Source: a virus
Taxonomy: Duplodnaviria; Caudoviricetes
Direction: 5' to 3' (one strand)
DNA length: 43,543 nucleotides
Virus record (IMG/VR): IMGVR_UViG_3300020044_003057
Coordinates: 1-43,543 of that record
The position numbers and the translations under genes are program-made. The stretch's first letter is position 1. Each line of letters starts with the position of its first letter. The notes under the pieces are model-generated. The model worked only from the letters and a program-made list of their open reading frames with translations. It ran no database searches and had not been told where the DNA came from. Below are positions 16,592-26,331 of the stretch, one piece after another.

Positions 16592-17614
16592 ATGTCTACT
16601 ATTACCGCAGCAGCAGCCTATCCCATTAACTCGGGTGGTTTTAACACCCCCGGCGGTCAGGTTGCTTATTCTGGCACCGCTTATTCCGGTTCCTTTATCC
16701 CCGCCCTCTGGTCTGGCAAGCTGGCCCAGAAGTTCTATGCTGCCACCGTCTTTGGCGAAATCGCCAATACCGACTGGCAAGGTGACATCACCGGCATGGG
16801 CGACACCGTGATTATCAACACGATTCCCTCGATCACGATCAACAGCTACAGCATCGGTCAGAATCTGGCTTATGAAGTGCCTGCTCCTAGCACTATCCAG
16901 TTGGTTATCAACAAGGGTAAGTACTTCGGCGTGAACGTTAACAACGTGCTGGAACTGCAAGCTAAGCCTAAATTGATGGACATGTTCACCAATGACGCCG
17001 CCATGCAGATGAAGATTCAGATCGACAAGGACATCTTGTACACGAACTTCAACCAAGGTGCTGCTGCTAACCAAGGTGCTACCGCTGGTGCTATCTCCGG
17101 CTCGTTCAATCTGGGTACTGATCTGGCCCCCGTTACGTTGACCGCTTCTAACATCCTGCAAAGCATCACCGCTTTGTCCAGCGTGTTGGATGAAAACAAC
17201 GTGCCTGAGACTGACCGTTGGTTGGTTATCACCCCCACTGAGCGTCAAATCCTGATGCAATCGAACTTGGCTCAAGCCCAGTTCATGGGTGATGCTGCTA
17301 GCGTTCTGCGCAACGGCAAGATCGGTATGATTGACCGCTTCACCGTGTACGTTTCCAACCTCGTCCCACGCGGCGCTGCTGGTAAGACCTACATGAACCC
17401 CAACACTGGTACAGACGCCAATTTGACCAGTGCTCTGAAGCGTCACGCAGTTATCGCTGGTCATAAAGCAGCCATCACCTTTGCATCGCAAATTGCCAAG
17501 GTTGAGTCCCTGCAAAACCCCAACGACTTCGGTACGCTGGTTCGCGGTCTGAACGTCTATGGCACCCAAGTAGCTCAGGCCAACGGTCTGGCTCTCTTGC
17601 AAGTCGCTGGTTAA
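16592..17614 (+). CDS. Major capsid protein (P22 coat-like, HK97 fold)
   Basis: FIPALWSGKL...GDTVII...FGTLVRGLNVYG; strong codon bias. Confidence 0.92.
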   Translation: MSTITAAAAYPINSGGFNTPGGQVAYSGTAYSGSFIPALWSGKLAQKFYAATVFGEIANTDWQGDITGMGDTVIINTIPSITINSYSIGQNLAYEVPAPSTIQLVINKGKYFGVNVNNVLELQAKPKLMDMFTNDAAMQMKIQIDKDILYTNFNQGAAANQGATAGAISGSFNLGTDLAPVTLTASNILQSITALSSVLDENNVPETDRWLVITPTERQILMQSNLAQAQFMGDAASVLRNGKIGMIDRFTVYVSNLVPRGAAGKTYMNPNTGTDANLTSALKRHAVIAGHKAAITFASQIAKVESLQNPNDFGTLVRGLNVYGTQVAQANGLALLQVAG

Positions 17615-17628
17615 TCCAGCTTAAACGA

Positions 17629-17657
17629 GAGGGGGCTTCGGCCCCCTCAGTTGGTTT
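17629..17657 (+). terminator. GC-rich c(UUCG)g hairpin after the capsid gene; weak U-tract
   Basis: GAGGGGGC-TTCG-GCCCCCTC followed by AGTTGGTTT. Confidence 0.6.
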
Positions 17658-17674
17658 GATAACAGGAGGCTACT

Positions 17675-17914
17675 ATGGCTATCATTGACGATTTAGTTGC
17701 TAGTGGGTTGTCTCTACCCCAAGCACAGCAAGTTATTCTTGAAGATACCACTTCAAATATTGATGGCTTGGTTATTGCAGGTTTTTCTTATGTAGAAGCC
17801 GTAGCAATCGCCGCCCTTGATGCTGGCACTGGAACTCAAGCAAATCTGGCTGCACAAGGTGCATGGGCTGGAACACAAGTCCCCGCAATCGCTGCTGCAC
17901 TTGCTGTTACTTGA
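17675..17914 (+). CDS. Small hypothetical virion protein with internal repeat
   Basis: 79 aa; AGGAGG RBS; IDDLVASGLS / IDGLVIAGFS repeat. Confidence 0.75.
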   Translation: MAIIDDLVASGLSLPQAQQVILEDTTSNIDGLVIAGFSYVEAVAIAALDAGTGTQANLAAQGAWAGTQVPAIAAALAVT

Positions 17915-17922
17915 GGTAACGC

Positions 17923-18609
17923 ATGGGAACAGTAACCGCAGGCACAATTATTGATAAGGCTGCCGCGCAGCTTATTGATATTGCAGGTGTCCGATGGACA
18001 AGGGCTGAGCTGCTTAAGTGGCTTAATGACGGTCTGCGGCAGATTGTTCTTATGCAGCCTACTGCGACTAATACTCCAGTAGCTGTAAAACTTATCGCAG
18101 GTACACGGCAGCTTCTACCTACGGGTGGGTGGCTGCTTCTAGGTATCTACCGAAACATGGGGACTACAGGTACGACTCCGGGTCGCGCTGTACGTGTTAT
18201 TTCTCGTGAGTTGATTGATGGGTTTAACCCAAGCTGGCATACAGCCACAGCAAGCGCAGTCACGCAGAACTATATTTATGATCTGCAAGACCAAACGGCT
18301 TACTATGTTTACCCCCCGAGTACGGGGACAAACTACCTTGAGATAAATTACTCAGCACAGCCATCTGACTTGACTTCTGAGTCACAGACTATCCCAATGT
18401 TCGATGTATACCAAATGCCGCTTTTGGACTACATCATGTACAGGGCTTGCACCAAAGATGCTGAGTATGCTCCGGGCGTAACACTTGGTCAGATGTACTT
18501 GACTACGTTTACTGCGTCTGTTGGCGTTAAAGAGCAGTCAGAAATTAAAGCAGGCCCAGAGCAGGCGCTTTTGCCGCGCAATCCTAACGTTGGTGGGTCT
18601 ATGTCATGA
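17923..18609 (+). CDS. Head-tail adaptor (DUF6682 / tubular protein A-like)
   Basis: RWTRAELLKWLNDG, YYVYPP, YRA..KDAEY motifs. Confidence 0.75.
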   Translation: MGTVTAGTIIDKAAAQLIDIAGVRWTRAELLKWLNDGLRQIVLMQPTATNTPVAVKLIAGTRQLLPTGGWLLLGIYRNMGTTGTTPGRAVRVISRELIDGFNPSWHTATASAVTQNYIYDLQDQTAYYVYPPSTGTNYLEINYSAQPSDLTSESQTIPMFDVYQMPLLDYIMYRACTKDAEYAPGVTLGQMYLTTFTASVGVKEQSEIKAGPEQALLPRNPNVGGSMS

Positions 18610-19256
18610 GCGAAGTTACCTACGACAATTTCTTGGTTGAGGTTATGCCCTACGTTCGGGATGTACCCGAGATCGTGGCTATTCAGGCCATACGAAATGC
18701 GTGTATTGAATTTTGCCAAGAAACCCGGTACATCCAAGACAATTTGGATTACATGACTGGGATTGCCAAAATTGGTAAATACGATCTTATACCTAACGAG
18801 GGTACATATAAAATCGCTGATGTTGTTGAAGTGTGGTATGGAGATTCGTTTCTTGTACCCAAGTCAATTGAACAACTAACGCAGATTTACCGTAGTACTA
18901 ACTGGAATACGTTAGGTGGCAATCCGTATTACTATTTCCGCCCGTCGTCTCAAGAAATCCAACTAGTTCCATACCCTCAAGTAACTGAGGCTAACAAAAT
19001 TCGTATTCGGGCAGCGCTTACTCCAAGTCGGTCATCTACTGGAGTGAAAGAAGAAATCTACGAACGTTTCCTTGAAGATATTGCCTATGGGGCACGTGCG
19101 CGTTTGTACAACACACCAAACCAGCCTTACTACGATTTGAAAACATCCCTTGAGTACTTAAAGCGGTTCAACGATGTAATGGCTGATGTTCGCACGCAAG
19201 TTAACAAAGGGTTGACTCGCGCATCGGTACAGATTGAATTTCAAAGGCTTGTTTAA
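18606..19256 (+). CDS. Second adaptor-like virion protein
   Basis: AIRNACIEFCQET, LVPYP, L.PSRSST motifs typical of podovirus neck proteins. Confidence 0.65.
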   Translation: MSEVTYDNFLVEVMPYVRDVPEIVAIQAIRNACIEFCQETRYIQDNLDYMTGIAKIGKYDLIPNEGTYKIADVVEVWYGDSFLVPKSIEQLTQIYRSTNWNTLGGNPYYYFRPSSQEIQLVPYPQVTEANKIRIRAALTPSRSSTGVKEEIYERFLEDIAYGARARLYNTPNQPYYDLKTSLEYLKRFNDVMADVRTQVNKGLTRASVQIEFQRLV

Positions 19257-19257
19257 T

Positions 19258-19590
19258 ATGGCTGATAGAATTTTTCTTGTAAAAGGCGACACTGGCCCTG
19301 CATTGGTATGCACTATTGTTGACAACGTTACTGGGGCGGTAGTTAACCTAACCGGGTCAACTATACACCTACATTTTCGCGCTGTTGGTTCTACTACATT
19401 ACAAGCTGATGTACCGGGCGTAATCACTGACGGGCCAAATGGTGTAGTTACTTTCTTCCCATCGTCAACACCAGCTATGCTTCAGGGTGACCCCGGAGAT
19501 TATGAAGGTGAAATACAAATTGACTTTCCAAGCGGACAAACCCAAACTTTATACGACCTTTTAAGATTTAAGGTGCGGGAAGAGTTTTAA
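19258..19590 (+). CDS. BppU-like Ig-fold virion protein
   Basis: KGDTGP...VNLTGSTI...GDYEGEIQIDF. Confidence 0.6.
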   Translation: MADRIFLVKGDTGPALVCTIVDNVTGAVVNLTGSTIHLHFRAVGSTTLQADVPGVITDGPNGVVTFFPSSTPAMLQGDPGDYEGEIQIDFPSGQTQTLYDLLRFKVREEF

Positions 19591-20576
19591 TGGCTAATGA
19601 AGTTAACAATAACTTCCCCAAAGTCGGAAATGTAGTATATGCTAGGCTAACAGCAAGTGTTTCTACAGTTTCGCCGGTTGTTAGTGTTTCCTACATACGG
19701 TCAAATGTTGATTTAGCGCTACAAACTTTTGTTGCAAAAGTCTATGCCCAAGCCCTTGGTTCTAGTGTTTCTTATACTGATCTTGCAAGCAACATAGCGT
19801 ACACCTTATTCTCAGCCAGAGTTACCTATGGGGTTGATGATGGTACGGTAAGGTACATTGTAGATAGCAGTAGCTTGTCAGATGCTGTTAGCCTAGTACT
19901 CGATAAGCTTCTGGGTGGTGATGATACCATTACATTGAGTGATGGTACTGTTATTGAATTTGTTAAAGACTTCAGTGATGCTGTAAGTGTTGCCGATACT
20001 TGCCTTGTTATCTTTAGCGCTAATAAAGATGTACTAGACACTATTACGCTGACAGATAGTGCGGTAATTAATTTCAGTACAGCATATTATGAAGATATAG
20101 CAACTTCTGAAGTTATAAACGTCGGGGCAGATAAATTTATATCGGATAGCATAACCGCTACTGATTCTATAGATTTATCATACCCTCAGACATCTAATGA
20201 CACGACTAGTATTGATGATACGTTAGCATTTAGTTTTAGCGTAAGTTATACAGATTCAGTAAATACTAACGACGCTACGGCATTTAGTTTTAGCACAAGC
20301 TACGCAGATGTAGTAAGTAGTAGTGATGATATAACGCTAGTACTTTTATATGCAAGAAATTTTGACGACAGCATTAGTTTTGCAGATGACTTAGCTATAT
20401 CTTCTGCTGTTGTTTACTCGGATACTATAAGTATTGACGACGAGAAAATACTAGACATTGGTAAGAACTTTGCTGACACATCAGCGCCAACAGACGCTGG
20501 GGCTCTTATAGCTCAAGGGTATTGCGACATCACATATTTTGCCTTAGACTATGTTGGTGAGTACAGAACTTTTTAA
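19590..20576 (+). CDS. Acidic Asp/Ser/Thr-rich repetitive virion protein
   Basis: 328 aa; recurring D-S/T-I/V-x-x-x-D units. Confidence 0.7.
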   Translation: MANEVNNNFPKVGNVVYARLTASVSTVSPVVSVSYIRSNVDLALQTFVAKVYAQALGSSVSYTDLASNIAYTLFSARVTYGVDDGTVRYIVDSSSLSDAVSLVLDKLLGGDDTITLSDGTVIEFVKDFSDAVSVADTCLVIFSANKDVLDTITLTDSAVINFSTAYYEDIATSEVINVGADKFISDSITATDSIDLSYPQTSNDTTSIDDTLAFSFSVSYTDSVNTNDATAFSFSTSYADVVSSSDDITLVLLYARNFDDSISFADDLAISSAVVYSDTISIDDEKILDIGKNFADTSAPTDAGALIAQGYCDITYFALDYVGEYRTF

Positions 20577-20589
20577 ACAGGAGTAAGTT

Positions 20590-21036
20590 ATGGTTAACGA
20601 TAACGTCAAGATTACTGGCAACGTCAAAATTGACGTGTTTAGCCAAGACGGTTTACTAAAAGAAAGCCAAGAAATTAAAAATCTAGTTGTAACTACTGGA
20701 AAATATTTCATTGCTTCACGCATGGTCGGAACAAGCGCTGCCACCATGGGTTGGATGGAGCTTGGTACAGGTACCGCAGCAGCAACCGTGGGCGATACTT
20801 CGCTTCAGTCCGCGATTAGCGGTTCTCGCGTTACTCTAGCTACAAGCACAGCTTCCTCGAATGTTGTTACATACACTGCTACATTTCCTGCTGGTACTGG
20901 TACTGGTGCGGTTACTGAAGCTGGTATTTTTAATGCTTCGTCCGCAGGAACAATGTTGTGCCGCACAGTGTTTTCCGTAGTCAACAAAGGCGCATCTGAT
21001 GTTATCAACATCACTTGGACGGTGACTGTCAACTAA
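20590..21036 (+). CDS. Tail-associated structural protein
   Basis: NLVVTTG...GTG....DT.L...TEAGIFNA motif of fibre-base proteins. Confidence 0.75.
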   Translation: MVNDNVKITGNVKIDVFSQDGLLKESQEIKNLVVTTGKYFIASRMVGTSAATMGWMELGTGTAAATVGDTSLQSAISGSRVTLATSTASSNVVTYTATFPAGTGTGAVTEAGIFNASSAGTMLCRTVFSVVNKGASDVINITWTVTVN

Positions 21037-21046
21037 AAGGTAAGCC

Positions 21047-24000
21047 ATGTCCATAATTGTTACCCGTGCCGGGAAGGGGTCACCCTTAACTAACACTGAA
21101 GTAGACGCGAACTTTACCAATTTAAACTCTGATAAATATCAGTCTGGTGATAATCCTACTTTTGGTACCCTAACCGCCACGGGTGATTCTGCCTTTACCT
21201 CAACTGGTGCGCTCACTGTAAGTAAAGGTGACAATGCTGCCCGACCTGCATCACCCGTCAAAGGGATGTTGCGGTATAACACTTCGTTAGATGCATTTGA
21301 AGGGTATAAAGGGGTCACACCTAGTTGGTCTGCTATAGGCGATAGTGGTGTAACTTCTTTTAGCGCCGGGGCAACAGGGCTTACGCCTTCTAGTGCTACT
21401 ACTGGTGCTGTTACTCTTAGTGGGACACTGGCAATCGCTAGTGGTGGCACAGGAGCTTCTACGGCGGCAACTGCTAGGACTAGTCTTAGCGCGGCTCAAA
21501 GCGGCGCAAATACCGATATCACCTCGGTAGCATTGACTACTGGCACGATTAGCACGGCCCCAAGCTCAAGCACAGATATTGTCAACAAGTCTTATGCTGA
21601 CTCTATCTCTTCAGGTGTTAATTTCCACCCGGCTTGTAACTATGCAACAGCAGCAGCTTTGTCTGCGGCTTACACGTACAACAATGGTACAAGTGGGGTA
21701 GGCGCAACGATAACCGCTAATGCGGTTGGTACGCTGACTATTGACGGATACACCTTTACATCTGGTGATGTTGGCAAACGTATCCTCATAAAAAACGAAA
21801 CTGGTGCTTACTCTAACAACACAACACCTAGTGCCGCGTTCAATGGTGTATACACACTAACTACTGCCGGTACGGCTAGTGTTGCGTATGTATTAACCCG
21901 CGCCTCGGACTACGATACCAGTGGTGCTGGTACAAATGAAGTAGACGTAGGCGACATGCTTTTAGTCCTTAGCGGTACGGATAACGCTAATACTTCTTGG
22001 GTGCAACAAACCCCACTACCAATTACTATTGGTTCTACATCACTAGTATTTATTGAGTTTGCAGCAATCCAGACATACACTGCTGGCACAGGGTTAACCC
22101 TAGCCACCAATCAGTTTTCTATCACTAATACTGGCACGGCGGGGACTTACGGTTCAGCTAGTCAAGTACCGGTAATTGTCACCAATGCCCAAGGCCAAGT
22201 CACCAGTGTTACCAACACAAACATTGCTATTGCTGGTAGTGCTGTATCTGGAAATATTTCAGGAAATGCTGCTAACGTAACTGGCACGGTTGGCGTAGCC
22301 AATGGTGGAACTGGACTGACCACAACTCCCGCCAACGGAGCATTAGATATAGGCAATGGTTCAGGTTTTACCAGAACTACTTTGACAGCCGGTAGTGGTA
22401 TAGCGATCACTAATAGTGCCGGGTCGATTTCTATCGCGAGTACGAGTGCTGGCGGTACTGTCACTTCTGTTGGTTTGACACTGCCATCAATCATGACAGT
22501 GACGGGTTCTCCAGTTACTACTAGTGGGACGTTGACCGGCGCATTAACCACTCAAGCCGTAAATACACTCTTCGCTGGCCCAAGTAGCGGTGGGGCTGCT
22601 GTACCTACTTTTCGAGCTTTAACCTCGGCTGATGTTCCGACGTTAAATCAGAACACAACAGGAACAGCATCAAACATTACAGCTACCAGCAATTCAACGC
22701 TGACTACATTAAGCGCATTAAGCTTACCTTACTCTCAGTTATCTGGGACAGTTCCCACTTGGAACCAAAGCACAACTGGAGTTGCTGCTAACGTAACTGG
22801 AATTGTGGCTGTTGCAAACGGCGGTACTGGTACAACAAGTTTATATAACGCAAAACTTCAGCCATTTGGTGCTGCTACTGTAGCTGCCGGTTCAACTACT
22901 ATTCTTGCTGCAACCGATTACCCTTATATAGTTGTTCAAGGTGCTTCTACTTCAAACACAATAGTAAGATTACCAGCCGTAGCAAATGCTGGCCTTACGT
23001 TTTTCATTTCTAATGACTCAACGGCTAGCACACTTGTTTTGCAGGACGGTAGCAGTGGCACAATTCAGAACGTCCCACCAAAAACAATCGCTCGTGCAAC
23101 TAATGCCACTACTAATTCTTGGTTTATCACAATTGGTTTTATAAATTCAACAGCTTATTCTGGGGTTGAACGAAATACTTATTTATCAACAGCTTCATCG
23201 GCAACAGCAATACAGCTTACTGATACTAGCAGTGTTATCCAATACATAACCGGAAGTACAGCACAGGCAATTTATTTACCATCTCTCGGTAGCATATATT
23301 CAGGTCAAAGCTGGACTATTATTAACAAATCAACAGCAGTTATTACTGTTAGTGATTACGCTAATGTAACAACATTAACGACAATACCGGCAAATTCAAA
23401 AGGTATATTTACTTATACCAGTAGCAGTTGGTATTACAACGTAATACCAATGACAAGCAGCAGCGGTAGCGGCACAGTTACTTCAGTTGCAGCTACAGTC
23501 CCCGCATTCTTGTCTGTCAGTGGTTCCCCAATTACCACTAGTGGTACATTAGCAATTTCGTATTCAGGTACGGCCCTCCCCCTTGCTAATGGTGGTACAG
23601 GTGCTACTACTGCACAGGCTGCGATGAATGCGTTAGCAGCGGCAGTAACCAGCGGGTCTTACCTGCGCGGGAACGGCACTAACGTAGTCATGTCCACGAT
23701 ACAGGCTGCGGATGTCCCAACGTTGAACCAGAATACAACAGGTACAGCAGCTAACGTAACTGGCACAGTAGCAATTGCTAATGGCGGCACAGGCACAACA
23801 ACTCGTCAAGACGCAATGGATGCCCTAGCTGGGGCGACAACTAGCGGGTATTACTTGCGTGGGAACGGCACTGATGTGGTTATGTCCGCAATACAGGCTG
23901 CCGATGTTCCCACACTGAACCAGAATACAACAGGTACAGCAGCTAACGTAACTGGTACTGTGGCGATTGCTAATGGTGGTACGAATTCAACTGCAACAGC

Positions 24001-24349
24001 AACTGCCGGAGCAGTGGCTTACGGAACAGGAACTGCCTATGCTTTTACAGCCGTAGGTACAGCAGGACAAGTTCTTACTTCTAACGGAGCAGGTGTACCT
24101 ACATGGACATCTGTTTCCGGAACTGGCACAGTAACTTCAATTGTTGCGGGTACTGGCCTGACTGGCGGTACTATTACTACTACTGGCACAATTGCATTAG
24201 CAACTACATCAGTTACTGCCGCTAGCTATACAAGCGCAAATATCACTGTTGATGCCTATGGGCGAATTACAGCAGCTTCTAACGGGTCAGGCGGTGGCGG
24301 CATTACAACAGGCAAATCTATCGCAATGGCGCTTATTTTTGGCTATTAA
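21047..24349 (+). CDS. Long tail fibre protein (1100 aa)
   Basis: TRAGKGSPLT..EVDANF N-term; many ANGGTG and GTVTSV repeats; ITVDAYGRITAASNG near the C-term. Confidence 0.85.
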   Translation: MSIIVTRAGKGSPLTNTEVDANFTNLNSDKYQSGDNPTFGTLTATGDSAFTSTGALTVSKGDNAARPASPVKGMLRYNTSLDAFEGYKGVTPSWSAIGDSGVTSFSAGATGLTPSSATTGAVTLSGTLAIASGGTGASTAATARTSLSAAQSGANTDITSVALTTGTISTAPSSSTDIVNKSYADSISSGVNFHPACNYATAAALSAAYTYNNGTSGVGATITANAVGTLTIDGYTFTSGDVGKRILIKNETGAYSNNTTPSAAFNGVYTLTTAGTASVAYVLTRASDYDTSGAGTNEVDVGDMLLVLSGTDNANTSWVQQTPLPITIGSTSLVFIEFAAIQTYTAGTGLTLATNQFSITNTGTAGTYGSASQVPVIVTNAQGQVTSVTNTNIAIAGSAVSGNISGNAANVTGTVGVANGGTGLTTTPANGALDIGNGSGFTRTTLTAGSGIAITNSAGSISIASTSAGGTVTSVGLTLPSIMTVTGSPVTTSGTLTGALTTQAVNTLFAGPSSGGAAVPTFRALTSADVPTLNQNTTGTASNITATSNSTLTTLSALSLPYSQLSGTVPTWNQSTTGVAANVTGIVAVANGGTGTTSLYNAKLQPFGAATVAAGSTTILAATDYPYIVVQGASTSNTIVRLPAVANAGLTFFISNDSTASTLVLQDGSSGTIQNVPPKTIARATNATTNSWFITIGFINSTAYSGVERNTYLSTASSATAIQLTDTSSVIQYITGSTAQAIYLPSLGSIYSGQSWTIINKSTAVITVSDYANVTTLTTIPANSKGIFTYTSSSWYYNVIPMTSSSGSGTVTSVAATVPAFLSVSGSPITTSGTLAISYSGTALPLANGGTGATTAQAAMNALAAAVTSGSYLRGNGTNVVMSTIQAADVPTLNQNTTGTAANVTGTVAIANGGTGTTTRQDAMDALAGATTSGYYLRGNGTDVVMSAIQAADVPTLNQNTTGTAANVTGTVAIANGGTNSTATATAGAVAYGTGTAYAFTAVGTAGQVLTSNGAGVPTWTSVSGTGTVTSIVAGTGLTGGTITTTGTIALATTSVTAASYTSANITVDAYGRITAASNGSGGGGITTGKSIAMALIFGY
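23587..23980 (+). repeat. 192-bp (64-aa) tandem duplication in the tail fibre
   Basis: 40-nt identical block TGAACCAGAATACAACAGGTACAGCAGCTAACGTAACTGG at 23724 and 23916. Confidence 0.85.
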
Positions 24350-24358
24350 GGAACAAGT

Positions 24359-25165
24359 ATGGCAAACCCAAATATCGTCAACGTATCTTCCATTTACGGC
24401 AATACGTCTTATTTAGTTCCTTCGGCAGCGTCGGTAACAGGTTCTATTTCAACGACTACGCTAACGGTTACTGCGGTAGCTTCCGGGGCAATTGCCCCTA
24501 ATCACTTTATTACCGGCACTGGCGTAACCACTAATACAAGCGTTGTTAGTCAGCTAACTGCTACAAACACGGCTACGGTTACAGCTACGTTTACCCAAGC
24601 AACTGTTGGTTCAAGCACAATTGTTTTGAGTACCTATACCCTTGGTACAGTTGCTTTAATAGCGGTTGGGCAGTTTGTACAGCCTGTATCTGGAATCCCT
24701 GCTGGTACTTACGTGACTGCGGTTAACCCAACAACCAACACGATAACAATCAGCAACGTAACAACCGGCGCAGTCAGCGGTTCTGCAAGTCTTTACACCG
24801 CCGGTCAAGCGGGTACGTATACGGTCAGTTCATCGCAGACAGTCTCATCCACTACCCTTACTTTGGGTGGCATGATCTGGACTGCACTTACACCCGCGTC
24901 GAACACAATCAACAAGATTGACAACATTGTCGCGTCAAACGTAACCGCTAGTAACGCCATAGTGACCGTTGCAATCAGTAGTGCAGCGGGTGGTGTTGGA
25001 ACAAACTACCGACTGATCTACCAAGTACCTGTGCCGGTTAACGCCTCAATTGTGATCGTAGACAAAAGCACGGCCTTTTACTTGGGCGAAACGCAATCTA
25101 TTGTGGTTACGTCAGGTACTGCCGCTGCAATTGAAATGACTGCATCCTACGAAGCAATTACCTAA
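24359..25165 (+). CDS. Fibre-associated protein (MANPNIVNV family) with a large internal insertion
   Basis: Termini MANPNIVNVSSIYGNT / ...SYEAIT flank about 145 aa of beta-rich insert. Confidence 0.75.
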   Translation: MANPNIVNVSSIYGNTSYLVPSAASVTGSISTTTLTVTAVASGAIAPNHFITGTGVTTNTSVVSQLTATNTATVTATFTQATVGSSTIVLSTYTLGTVALIAVGQFVQPVSGIPAGTYVTAVNPTTNTITISNVTTGAVSGSASLYTAGQAGTYTVSSSQTVSSTTLTLGGMIWTALTPASNTINKIDNIVASNVTASNAIVTVAISSAAGGVGTNYRLIYQVPVPVNASIVIVDKSTAFYLGETQSIVVTSGTAAAIEMTASYEAIT

Positions 25166-26325
25166 TGTCCACCCAATACAAGGGGTCTGTTCTTTCGTCA
25201 ACTGAACAGGCTACGTCAACTTCTAGCGCCACTGGTATTTGGACTACCAGTGATGTAATGCAAGCGCAGAAAATAAGCGTGTGGCCTACCATGATACCCC
25301 CTGTAGAGTATTTAATTATTGCAGGCGGTGGTTCAGGCGGTGGTGCAGGTAGTAATGGTGCCGCAGGCGGCGGCGGTGCAGGTGGATTACGTAATGGCTT
25401 TATAGCGCCACTTTCTGGTGGGTATTCCGTAACAATTGGTGGTGGTGGCGCAGGCGTTAATAACACCATCGGTGCATCTGGCACTGGCACTAGTTTTGGT
25501 GGTCTTAGTACCAGCGGGGGAGGGGCTGGTTCAGCATTTAGTAATGCCGCAGTTTCTGGCGGCTCTGGCGGCGGTGGTGCTCAAATTACTAACACCGGTG
25601 GTTCTGGGACAGCAGGGCAAGGTTACGCAGGCGGCAACGGTATTAGTACAGCATCATATGGTGCTGGTGGTGGCGGCGGTGCTGGAGGTGTTGGCGTAAC
25701 TGGAACATCAACCTTTGGTGGGAATGGTGGTATTGGCTTTCTTAGCAGTACGCTATACGCCCCTTTTGTCGGTGTTGCAGATTTTGCCGCCTCGACAACA
25801 ACGATGACAATTACCAGTGTTACTACAGGCGTAATCAGGATTGGTACTCAAGTTACCGGAGTAAATATACCCGCAGGTACTTTTATCGTATCTTTTGGCA
25901 CAGGTACTGGGGGGGTCGGGACTTATATTATGAGCGCTGCGGCGACATACCCATATTCAAGTGTAGCTATTACAAGTTCTGGGGTATATTTTGCCGGAGG
26001 CGGTGGCGGTAGTTCTTACATTGTGACAATGGGTAAAGGTGGTGCAGGTGGTGGTGGTGCGGCTGGTGTTGCAACCCCTAATGCCACTGCGAATACTGGC
26101 GGTGGTGGTGGAGCAGCTTATTCCGGGGGCCCAACTGGTGTTGGCGGTAATGGTGGGTCTGGGGTTGTTATCATCTCATACCCAAATTCTTATGCTAATG
26201 TAACTACCGTTAGTGTTGGGTTAACTGTTAATGGAAGTACTGGAAATACTACTCCAGACACTACATCCAAACCCGGATACAAGATATATAGAATTACTGC
26301 CGGTACAGGTACTATGACGTGGTAA
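25165..26325 (+). CDS. Glycine-rich tail/receptor-binding protein 1
   Basis: VEYLIIAGGG...ANTGGGGG...GGSGVVIISY. Confidence 0.8.
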   Translation: MSTQYKGSVLSSTEQATSTSSATGIWTTSDVMQAQKISVWPTMIPPVEYLIIAGGGSGGGAGSNGAAGGGGAGGLRNGFIAPLSGGYSVTIGGGGAGVNNTIGASGTGTSFGGLSTSGGGAGSAFSNAAVSGGSGGGGAQITNTGGSGTAGQGYAGGNGISTASYGAGGGGGAGGVGVTGTSTFGGNGGIGFLSSTLYAPFVGVADFAASTTTMTITSVTTGVIRIGTQVTGVNIPAGTFIVSFGTGTGGVGTYIMSAAATYPYSSVAITSSGVYFAGGGGGSSYIVTMGKGGAGGGGAAGVATPNATANTGGGGGAAYSGGPTGVGGNGGSGVVIISYPNSYANVTTVSVGLTVNGSTGNTTPDTTSKPGYKIYRITAGTGTMTW

Positions 26326-26331
26326 ATAATA

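Noticed and set aside
16517-17602. 361-aa antisense ORF opposite the major capsid gene
   Set aside because: Codon-register mirror of a strongly biased gene; no RBS or protein-like motifs
17590-17680. Programmed frameshift or readthrough extending the capsid protein
   Set aside because: No slippery heptamer before the TAA; the next gene has its own AGGAGG RBS
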